Origin: a virus
Lineage: Duplodnaviria; Caudoviricetes
Direction: 5' to 3' (one strand)
Virus record (IMG/VR): IMGVR_UViG_3300019889_000237
Span: 1-52,799 of that record
DNA length: 52,799 nt
This document shows positions 45,534 through 52,799 of the stretch, piece by piece. The translations under genes were made by a program, and so were the position numbers. The notes beneath the pieces were generated by a model. It was not told where the DNA came from and searched no databases. It worked only from the letters and a program-made list of their open reading frames with translations. How positions within the stretch are numbered: the stretch's first letter is position 1; every line of letters begins with the position of its first letter.

Positions 45534-46010
45534 TCAGCCGCCGAGACCGAGCTTCGGCGTCACCCGGATGATGTCGCCGAGCGCGAGGCTGGTGATTCCG
45601 GTCTCGTCGTCGAAGTTCGAGAAGTAGACCGGCGTGCCGGACGTGCTCGCCGTCGCGATGCCGAACCCGTTGATCGCCGCCGAGGGCGTGGCGCCCGCGG
45701 TCGCGGCGGCGAACGACTTCTGCGTCGCGGTGACCACGCGGGCCACCACCGTGTGCAGCGTCTCGCCGGCAGCCGATCCCCAGTCGGCTGCCGCGATGGC
45801 GACGCGGGCGTACCCGGGGTAGTCGGTCGTGGTCACCTCGGCGAACGTGCCGCCCATGGTGCCCATGGTCGCCGCAGCGGCTGGCACGGTGGACGCGGTG
45901 CCGCCCTTCCAGAGGAACAGGTACAGCGTGGCGGCGTTCGTCCCGTTCTTCGGGAAGATGCCGAGCATGTAGTCGAGTCCGGCATCCGGGAAGATGTCCT
46001 GCGCGGCCAT
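45534..46010 (-). CDS. Minor tail/fibre-associated protein
   Basis: LYLFL, AEV..YPGYARVAI, GDIIRV pattern; precedes fibres. Confidence 0.65.
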   Translation of the reverse strand: MAAQDIFPDAGLDYMLGIFPKNGTNAATLYLFLWKGGTASTVPAAAATMGTMGGTFAEVTTTDYPGYARVAIAAADWGSAAGETLHTVVARVVTATQKSFAAATAGATPSAAINGFGIATASTSGTPVYFSNFDDETGITSLALGDIIRVTPKLGLGG

Positions 46011-46022
46011 GGTCGTGCCCTT

Positions 46023-46388
46023 CTACTGGGTCGTCTCGGGGAGTGCGCGGATCGTGCCCTCGGCGATCACGCGGGGCTTGAGGGTGATGGGCTCGTAGAT
46101 CTCGATCGACACGAGCGCCTTGGTGAAGGTCCACGCCGAGGTCTGCGAGCCGATCACGTTCAGGGTCACGCCGTCGACCGAGCAGCTGATGTTGCCTTCG
46201 TCGATCGACCACTCGTGCAGAACCGGCTCGTTCTCCGAGTGCCGGACCTGCGCCTTGGCGGTCCAGGTGGAGATGTCGACCGCGACGCCGTCCGAGTCCA
46301 GGACCGGCATCAGGATGTCGAACGCGTCGCCCTTGATGATCTCCCAGTCGATCTCGGTCGCGGCCGGGCGGAGCAGGAACGGGGGCAT
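46023..46388 (-). CDS. Minor tail protein (BppU-N-like Ig fold)
   Basis: IIKGDAF...AVDISTWTAKAQVR...IAEGTI. Confidence 0.65.
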   Translation of the reverse strand: MPPFLLRPAATEIDWEIIKGDAFDILMPVLDSDGVAVDISTWTAKAQVRHSENEPVLHEWSIDEGNISCSVDGVTLNVIGSQTSAWTFTKALVSIEIYEPITLKPRVIAEGTIRALPETTQ

Positions 46389-46399
46389 CGGACGCCTCC

Positions 46400-46540
46400 T
46401 CAGGTGAACTGGGTACAGAGCGGCTCAGTGCCCGCGACCGCACCACTGACGACCGAAGCGGACAGCCGGTCGTTCGCCGCTCCGCCGCTGATCGGCCCGT
46501 AGTTGTAGCGCAGCTTCTGTCCCGCGTACCGGGTCGCCAT
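46400..46540 (-). CDS. Small hypothetical protein
   Basis: RBS GGAGG before MATRYAG; 46 aa. Confidence 0.55.
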   Translation of the reverse strand: MATRYAGQKLRYNYGPISGGAANDRLSASVVSGAVAGTEPLCTQFT

Positions 46541-46572
46541 GCTCGCCTCCGTGGAAGGTCATCATCGGGTCC

Positions 46573-48957
46573 TCAAATCGCGAACACAGGCGGGCGCCAT
46601 ACCTTCACGGGCGTACCGGCACCGATGGTCGTCGAGCCCGTCATCGCCCGTGGCAGTGCCGCGGACAGGGTGAAGGTCTGCGGCGAGCTCGCCCCGGTGA
46701 TGGCGGTGACGGTCGCCTTGCAACCGCCGACGTCGATGTCGAACGGGAACGAGTCCGCATCGACCGCGGTGGTCACCCAGATGTTGCCCGAGTTGGTCTT
46801 GACGCTGATCGACGTGCCACTCGTGTAGTTCGCGTTCAACTGCGAGTCCACAGTCTGGAGGCGGCCGACACCGTCGCCGGTCGAGCCGGTGGCCGCCGCC
46901 AGCCGGATCACGTTCCACGGGTCGGCCGGGCTGGTGTTGGCCGTGACCCGCCAGGTGAACGCGTCGATCTCTTCGTGCCACCCCTCGACCAGGAGCCTGA
47001 TCGTGTAGTCCGGGTGCTGCCTGCGGATCGAGGTGATGTTCTCGATGTCGAGCCGGGACTGGGGTGTGACGTCGAGCCAGCCGCCGATCAGGTCCGGGTT
47101 CGTCTCCAGCGCGAAGCTGACGGAGGGGTAGCGGTACCCGGTCCGGGATCCGATCCCGACCACCCATTCCGCGTAGCCGACGAGACCGCTGTCGCCCTCG
47201 GGGTTCAGCGTGTAGCTCGTGCTGAAGTCGCCGATGGCGTCGACGCCCATCGGACCGCTGCGGTCGATGTAGCTGACCGCCGTGGCGTCGCGCCGGTTGA
47301 CGTCGCAGTTGTTGATCGTGAGCTGGTCGTCGTCTATCGGCGTGAACGGCTCCATCAGGTGCGCCTGCGCGGCGTCGAGGACGAGCGTGGCCGGGCCGTT
47401 GGCCTGCTTCTCCCGGTAGCCGCGGGTGACGTAGGTCAGGCCCGGGCCTAGCCCGTCGCACAGGACGCCCTGTCCGGTCCGCTCGATCTCGCGCAGCTGG
47501 TTGGTGATCGTGTCGTAGTACTGCGGCCCCATGCTGTCGGTGGCGGTGACCCAGCCGGGCATCGTGTAGTCCAGCACGGTCAGGTGGATACCGTTCTGGG
47601 TGCAGAGCCGCCCCATTCGGTCCGTCGGATCCTCGCCGGGGTGTCCGCGCATCCAGGCCTCATCGGCCCACAACGCCATGGAGGGGGCGCGGACCACGAG
47701 GTGGCCGGCGCCCAGGCCTTCCATGTCGCTGAACGCGCCGATGTAGCCGCCGTTGACCTGCGCACCGTTGCTGTTGCTGCCCCTGGTTTCCGAGAAGCTG
47801 AACCGGTCGACTCCGGTGGTGGTCACGCAGGGGTTGAGCCATACACGCCAGGTGGTGGTGGCGCCGCTCTGGGTCAGCGTGAGGCCAACCTCGTAGTCGG
47901 TGTTCGGGAACAAGTTGTCGGCCCGGAATGTGGACTCGAAGACGGCATCGGCGACGCCGTCGGTGTAGACCGCATACCCGCGGACGGCGAGGATGTTGCC
48001 CGGCTGGTTGGTCCAGACACTGTTGACGAAGTCGTATCCGCCGAGGTAGGCCACTTCCCATTTCTTGATGGATGCCCCGTTCGGGGTGAACACCGAGAAC
48101 AGTGAGCCAGTGTTGGCGCCGTACCCCACCATGGGGTTGTCGACGGGCTTCACCCCCACGATGCCCCCGAGGATGACGCTGGTCGTCGAGCTGGTGCTCG
48201 TGGTGGTCGTCATGCTGAAGACGGCGGCGCCGCCATCCTTCATGGTCAGCATCGGGGCTGAGCTCGGGACGCTCGTGTAGCTCGCGAAGTCGCCGGGCGC
48301 CCCGGGGACGGTGTGCTCCGTGCCGTCGAACACGATCGTTCGGAAGTCGCCGATGGCGCTCGGGGCACCGACCGCCGCTACCAGGATTCGGCTCTGCTGT
48401 TCCTCCTCCATCGGCCAGTAGGCCTTCACGGTGGAATCCGCCAGGGTGCCGACCCGCATGGCCGAGAACCCTGGCAGGGTGCCCTGGTTGAGGCGGCGCA
48501 GCGGCCCTGACGCGGACAGCGTGACGGTCGCCCATCGGGAGGTATCGGGATCCCACTGCGGTGTGAAGCCGTTCGCGGCTCCCTGGAACCGCACCGACCA
48601 GGTGCTGCCCGCGTCGTCGCTCACGCGCACCCGGACGGGGGTGCCGCGCCGTACGTACGGCCAGTGCGACGACTGGCCGCCTTCGGAGTACTCGCCGGTC
48701 CGGTTGTCCAGCTGGAAGGTCATCTCGGCGGTCTGGGTTTCCTGGGAGAAGTCCGGGCGGCCGAGGGTGATGGAGATCCCGCGGCCCTCGCTCTTGCCGC
48801 CCTCGCCGCCCAGAATCACATCGTCGGTGATGTCATCCCAGGTCCAGCCGCTACCGTCCAGGTCGGTGATGTCACCGCCCCACGCCACCGCCACCTGGAC
48901 CAGGAGCCCCGGGTAGGTGTCGAACGCGGGGGCAGTGGTCAGGAACGAGCGACTCAC
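46573..48957 (-). CDS. Minor tail / baseplate hub protein
   Basis: Follows tape measure; WDDITDDV, LDNRTG, AYWPMEE, FPFDIDVGG motifs. Confidence 0.8.
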   Translation of the reverse strand: MSRSFLTTAPAFDTYPGLLVQVAVAWGGDITDLDGSGWTWDDITDDVILGGEGGKSEGRGISITLGRPDFSQETQTAEMTFQLDNRTGEYSEGGQSSHWPYVRRGTPVRVRVSDDAGSTWSVRFQGAANGFTPQWDPDTSRWATVTLSASGPLRRLNQGTLPGFSAMRVGTLADSTVKAYWPMEEEQQSRILVAAVGAPSAIGDFRTIVFDGTEHTVPGAPGDFASYTSVPSSAPMLTMKDGGAAVFSMTTTTSTSSTTSVILGGIVGVKPVDNPMVGYGANTGSLFSVFTPNGASIKKWEVAYLGGYDFVNSVWTNQPGNILAVRGYAVYTDGVADAVFESTFRADNLFPNTDYEVGLTLTQSGATTTWRVWLNPCVTTTGVDRFSFSETRGSNSNGAQVNGGYIGAFSDMEGLGAGHLVVRAPSMALWADEAWMRGHPGEDPTDRMGRLCTQNGIHLTVLDYTMPGWVTATDSMGPQYYDTITNQLREIERTGQGVLCDGLGPGLTYVTRGYREKQANGPATLVLDAAQAHLMEPFTPIDDDQLTINNCDVNRRDATAVSYIDRSGPMGVDAIGDFSTSYTLNPEGDSGLVGYAEWVVGIGSRTGYRYPSVSFALETNPDLIGGWLDVTPQSRLDIENITSIRRQHPDYTIRLLVEGWHEEIDAFTWRVTANTSPADPWNVIRLAAATGSTGDGVGRLQTVDSQLNANYTSGTSISVKTNSGNIWVTTAVDADSFPFDIDVGGCKATVTAITGASSPQTFTLSAALPRAMTGSTTIGAGTPVKVWRPPVFAI

Positions 48958-51065
48958 CGACGACCCCCAACCACCGCGTTCGCCGTGATCTTGAGCTTGC
49001 CCTGTTGGGCGAGCCGGGCGATCGCCGTGCCCATCGCAGAGTCCGCGCCGCTGCCGATCTGCAGCGTGAACACCTGCTGGCCTCCACGGCCCAAGGCGGC
49101 CCCGCCGATCGCTCCCCGCCCGGCGGCGAGCGCGCCCAGGCCGGTGCGGTTCATGGCGTCGCTGATCAGGCTGGTGTTGCCGGTGATGCCCAAGGCGATG
49201 CCGGCCGGGATCATCTTGCCCACCTCGTCGGCGAAGACCTTCGAGGGCGAGCTGATGCCGAGCGTCGACTTGATCGCGTCCAGGGCCGCCTTAGCGGCCT
49301 TCGTCGCCGCGCCGACCAGGTTGCCGACGGCAGACTGGATGCCCTCGGCGATGCCGTCGATGGCGTCCTTGCCGAGCTGTTTCATGTCGCGGACCCAGTT
49401 GTTCAGGGCCTGCATGACCTTGTCGGGTAGCTGCTTGATGAACTCGACGACCTTGTCGACACCCTCCTGTACGTCCTTCTGGGTGTCCTCCCACCACTGC
49501 TGGACGGACTTTATCCAGCCATCAACCAAATCGTTGATGGCCTTGTTGACGTCGTCTTTCCACTTATCGATGGCCTTCTTGATGTCTGCGACACCTTTTT
49601 CAACGGCCTTCTTGGTATCGTCCCACCACTTCTTGATGCCCTTGATGACATCGGCAACCATCTTATTAATCGCCTTGTTGGTGTCATCTTTCCACTTGTC
49701 GATGGCCTTCTTGGCGTCGGTGACGCCCTTTTCTACGGCCTTCTTGGTGTCTTCCCACCACTTCTTGACCGCCTCGACGGCCTTGGTCACCCCATCGACC
49801 ACGGCCTTCTTGACCACCTCGAACGCGGCGGCGATGATGCCGCCGAGCGCAGCGAAGCCCTTACCCTTCATCACCAGCTCGTCCCACTGCTCGCCGGCCT
49901 TCTGGCATACCTTGGTGACCGGCTCCATGGCCTTGAGCAGCTTCGTGAACCAGCCGATGACCGTCATGATCACGTCGGCCGCGCGGGCGAGCGCCCCGAA
50001 CATGATGCCGATCGTCGGGGCCGCGTCCGACAGCGCCTGCCCGAACTTCTTGATCGCCTCCGCAGCTGGCTTCCCGCCAGACGCGGCCATCTCGATCAGG
50101 ACGTCGATGATGCCGGCAAGGACCACGCCGAACGCTTCGATGGCGGCGGCGCCGGCCTCGAACGCCTTCGTCAGCTGGCCGCTCTCCTCGTTCTTCTGGA
50201 TGACCTTGTTCAGGTTCTCGAACACGGACGAGAGCGCCTTGCCGATGTCGTCCATCGCGGGCGCGGCGGCGGCACCGAAACCGGTGAACGCCTCGGCCAA
50301 CGCCTTCGCCCCAGGGGCCAGCGACTTGACCATGTTGTCGACCCCGCCGAGCATGGTCTTGATCTCTTCCATGCCCTTGCTCGAACGGATCCAGCCGGTG
50401 AACTCCTTGATCACGTCGGAGGTCGACCGGGCGATGGACTTCAACGGTGAATCGAGGGTCGAGATCGCCTGACCCAGCTTCTGGAACTCCCGGGACAGCT
50501 CGGCCCGGAACACGCTTTCGAGCTGCTTTTGCAGCCCGCCGAGGGAGGCCTTGAGCCGCTGCCCGGCCTGCTCGATGCCGCGCCAGCCGCCGATGACCAC
50601 GCCAGCGACCACGCTGAGACCCTGAAGGGCGGCGCCGGCCGCCAGCGCAGCGGCGGCGATCGCGGGCAGGATCGAGGCGATCAGGGCGACAGCGGCCACC
50701 ATCGCCTTCCCTGCCATGCCGGCCTTCAGCATCCCGCCGCCGAGACCACCACCTCCGCCGCCGCCGAGCGCGTCCCCGGCACGGCGAGCCCGGTCGGCGA
50801 GGTCGTCGAGACCACCACCGGCGTTGCGGGTGCTGTTGCCGAACTCCCTGATCTGGTCGGTGGCCTGGCGCAACGTGCGGGTCATCCGCTCCAGCTCGCT
50901 GTTGAGGTCGCCGAACCGGGACGTGTCGATGTCGATGTCGCCGAGGCCCTGCTGGGCCGCCCGAATCCGGGCGGCCGCGCGGGTGGCCGCGTCCGCAGCT
51001 CGATCCCAGGCGGCGATGAAATCGGAGACGTCGGCGTTGAGCCTGGCGGTGACCTCGGGCAGCAC
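48954..51065 (-). CDS. Tape measure protein
   Basis: Ala/Gly-rich helical protein with Trp-periodic 11/22-aa repeats; LGISSPSKVF..VG.MIPAGIALGI. Confidence 0.88.
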   Translation of the reverse strand: MLPEVTARLNADVSDFIAAWDRAADAATRAAARIRAAQQGLGDIDIDTSRFGDLNSELERMTRTLRQATDQIREFGNSTRNAGGGLDDLADRARRAGDALGGGGGGGLGGGMLKAGMAGKAMVAAVALIASILPAIAAAALAAGAALQGLSVVAGVVIGGWRGIEQAGQRLKASLGGLQKQLESVFRAELSREFQKLGQAISTLDSPLKSIARSTSDVIKEFTGWIRSSKGMEEIKTMLGGVDNMVKSLAPGAKALAEAFTGFGAAAAPAMDDIGKALSSVFENLNKVIQKNEESGQLTKAFEAGAAAIEAFGVVLAGIIDVLIEMAASGGKPAAEAIKKFGQALSDAAPTIGIMFGALARAADVIMTVIGWFTKLLKAMEPVTKVCQKAGEQWDELVMKGKGFAALGGIIAAAFEVVKKAVVDGVTKAVEAVKKWWEDTKKAVEKGVTDAKKAIDKWKDDTNKAINKMVADVIKGIKKWWDDTKKAVEKGVADIKKAIDKWKDDVNKAINDLVDGWIKSVQQWWEDTQKDVQEGVDKVVEFIKQLPDKVMQALNNWVRDMKQLGKDAIDGIAEGIQSAVGNLVGAATKAAKAALDAIKSTLGISSPSKVFADEVGKMIPAGIALGITGNTSLISDAMNRTGLGALAAGRGAIGGAALGRGGQQVFTLQIGSGADSAMGTAIARLAQQGKLKITANAVVGGRR

Positions 51066-51084
51066 GGGGACTCACCCCCGTCTC

Positions 51085-51507
51085 TCAGGTCGTCAGGGCC
51101 GAAGCCCAGGCTGCTTCCATGTACGCCTGCATGCCGGGGATCGCAGTCGCGAGACCGGGTGCCATGTACGGGCGCGCCGGCAGGTTGTTGCCGCCGCCGT
51201 GCTCCTGCACGCCGGCGTAGACCAGTCCCGATCCGACGCTCACCGACCAGCGGCCGGCACCGGTCTGACTCGGGCCCTCGACCTGGATGGAGCGGCGCAG
51301 GTTGCCCGACACCAGCGACGGCGGCGAGCCGGGAGGCGACGGGGTCGGCGTGCCCGCCGGGTGCGAGGTGCTGGACAGCAGGGCCTTTACCTCGGCTTCG
51401 AGGTGGGCCGCAGCGTTGCCGAGCCCGTCCGGCGTGGCGGCCACGACGCGCTCACCGACGGCGCGCAGCGCGGTGAGCATGGCCTCGAAACCGTCGAGCT
51501 CAGCCAT
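51085..51507 (-). CDS. HK97 gp10-like tail/neck protein
   Basis: SGNLRRSI, VYAGVQEHG, PARPYMAP. Confidence 0.78.
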   Translation of the reverse strand: MAELDGFEAMLTALRAVGERVVAATPDGLGNAAAHLEAEVKALLSSTSHPAGTPTPSPPGSPPSLVSGNLRRSIQVEGPSQTGAGRWSVSVGSGLVYAGVQEHGGGNNLPARPYMAPGLATAIPGMQAYMEAAWASALTT

Positions 51508-51706
51508 CGTCGGTCTGCTCTCGCCGCCACTCCTCGACGGCCAGGGTCACCTCGTAGAGACGGTGCAGTACGACCGCCGACTGCCGGTCCACCACGTCCG
51601 GCGGCCAGTTGAACCTGTCCGCCCAGAACCAGTAGTCGGAGAACACGCGCTGCCAGAGCGCGGGCTCGCCCGGGTGCGCGCGGGGTAGCGGGGTGCCCGC
51701 CAGCAT
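51500..51706 (-). CDS. Second tail chaperone ORF (probable -1 frameshift extension)
   Basis: ADRFNWPPDVVD motif; frame is -1 relative to upstream chaperone and open through its 3' end. Confidence 0.6.
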   Translation of the reverse strand: MLAGTPLPRAHPGEPALWQRVFSDYWFWADRFNWPPDVVDRQSAVVLHRLYEVTLAVEEWRREQTDDG

Positions 51707-51711
51707 CGACC

Positions 51712-52119
51712 TCAGGCGCTGGCGGGCTCGGAAGGGGACGCGGGCTTGTTGTGGTCGTCGGGGTTGTTCGACCGGCCGGGCATGAGCAGTGCCACGGCCG
51801 GGGCGACCAGGTCCATGAGCATGCGGTAGTCGTCCAGGCGCAGCTCTCCGAGCGCGTCGGGGTCCAGGCGCGGGAGCTGGAGCCCGGGCGCGTAGGGGAT
51901 CTCCCACGCGCCGATGAGCTGCGACGCGACTGCGTCGGGTGCGCCGTTCATGATCTGGGCGATGGCGCCGCGTCCGGCGGCGATCCGGCCGGTGTCCATG
52001 TCCACGTCGATGGCGCCCATGATGATCGCCTCGACGGCCTTGCGGTCGCGGGCGCGCAGGTCCTCGACGTCGCGCAGCTCGACCCAGGCGCCGTCGGACT
52101 TCAGTACGTGGCGGGTCAT
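51712..52119 (-). CDS. Tail assembly chaperone
   Basis: Immediately after tail tube in gene order. Confidence 0.78.
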   Translation of the reverse strand: MTRHVLKSDGAWVELRDVEDLRARDRKAVEAIIMGAIDVDMDTGRIAAGRGAIAQIMNGAPDAVASQLIGAWEIPYAPGLQLPRLDPDALGELRLDDYRMLMDLVAPAVALLMPGRSNNPDDHNKPASPSEPASA

Positions 52120-52142
52120 CAGTAGATCGTTCCTGGGCGCAT
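52119..52142 (-). CDS. 7-aa mini-ORF MRPGTIY coupling to chaperone
   Basis: AAGGAG 8 nt upstream of ATG; TGA overlaps chaperone ATG. Confidence 0.6.
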   Translation of the reverse strand: MRPGTIY

Positions 52143-52165
52143 AGCAGCAGCTCCTTGTCAGTACG

Positions 52166-52174
52166 TGGTATAAT
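52166..52174 (+). promoter_or_regulatory. Extended -10 promoter for a leaderless HNH transcript
   Basis: TGGTATAAT, ending 7 nt before ATG at 52182. Confidence 0.7.
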
Positions 52175-52181
52175 TGCCGTT

Positions 52182-52733
52182 ATGGGGAAACGTGGGCCGA
52201 AGCCCATACCTGCGGCGGAGCGCTTCTGGCCGAAGGTCGACAAGAACGGACCAGTGCCGGACTACGCCCCCGAGCTGGGGCGTTGCTGGGTCTGGACCGA
52301 GTACCTCAACTCCGCCGGGTACGCGCGGTTTATGCCCACGAGCAGCCGGGACCCGAACCGCTACACCGTGCAGGCACACCGGTTCGCATACGAGCAGGTC
52401 AAAGGCCCGATCCCGGAAGGACTCGTCCTTGACCACCTGTGCCGGGTCCCGCGGTGCGTCAACCCCAACCATCTGGAGCCGGTCACTGAATCGGTGAACG
52501 TCCGGCGCGGGATCGCGCCAGCAGCGAGATGGGCCGCCCGCACCCATTGCGACACGGGGCACGAGTACACGCCGGAGAACACCTACCGCACTAAGGCTGG
52601 GGCGCGGGTCTGCAAGACCTGCCGCCGCGATCGCAAGCGACTGGACCGCAGCACGCCCGAGGGCCGCGCCACATACAACGTCTACATGCAGGACTACTAC
52701 CAGCGGAAACTCAAGCCGGAACGCTCGCGCTAG
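52182..52733 (+). CDS. Free-standing HNH homing endonuclease
   Basis: RFWPKVDK, CWVW, AHRFAY, LDHLCRVPRCVNPNHL, THCDTGHEY..CKTC. Confidence 0.9.
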   Translation: MGKRGPKPIPAAERFWPKVDKNGPVPDYAPELGRCWVWTEYLNSAGYARFMPTSSRDPNRYTVQAHRFAYEQVKGPIPEGLVLDHLCRVPRCVNPNHLEPVTESVNVRRGIAPAARWAARTHCDTGHEYTPENTYRTKAGARVCKTCRRDRKRLDRSTPEGRATYNVYMQDYYQRKLKPERSR

Positions 52734-52799
52734 TAAATGGTGCCCGGGCTGCCGTTGATCACAGTGATCTCGACCGGGGACAGGCCACCGGTGCTGCCG
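52730..52799 (-). CDS. Major tail protein 3' end (second allele, partial)
   Basis: GSTGGLSPVEITVINGSPGTIY* versus GSTGGLSPVEITVINGTAGTVY* at 263..332. Confidence 0.8.
   Translation of the reverse strand, partial: GSTGGLSPVEITVINGSPGTIY

Noticed and set aside
1-52799. Integrase/attP or direct terminal repeats
   Set aside because: No tyrosine or serine recombinase motifs seen; the end overlap is imperfect and falls mid-operon, so it is not a true terminal repeat

Overview
The window is essentially one complete, very GC-rich siphovirus-type genome of an actinobacterial host. It is circularly permuted inside the tail genes, and the two ends overlap but are different alleles. Minus strand, left part: SSB-like gene, PolA, Prim-Pol/helicase and a probable iteron origin, then TerS, TerL, a portal-MuF fusion, protease/scaffold, major capsid, head-tail genes and tail tube. 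Minus strand, right part: tail chaperones, tape measure, minor tail proteins, two repeat-rich fibres (one with a PL7 alginate-lyase-like domain), membrane genes, a class F sortase with an adjacent candidate substrate, an amidase endolysin and holins. Plus strand (18.5-36.3 kb): Cas4-like exonuclease, DNA methyltransferase, Endo VII and a dense array of small genes with a shared promoter motif and start-associated sequence. Most unusual observations: (1) a second intact TerS/TerL pair with no portal, in the early region; (2) an HNH gene nested out of frame inside an uninterrupted methyltransferase; (3) an HNH insertion at the tail-tube stop that supplies a new RBS and a 7-aa mini-ORF restoring translational coupling, with the empty allele visible at the other end; (4) a phage-borne sortase F/substrate module; (5) a tandem two-domain repressor built on an exact 57-bp repeat. 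No integrase, tRNA or CRISPR array was recognised. All calls come from reading motifs by eye; no database searches were run.
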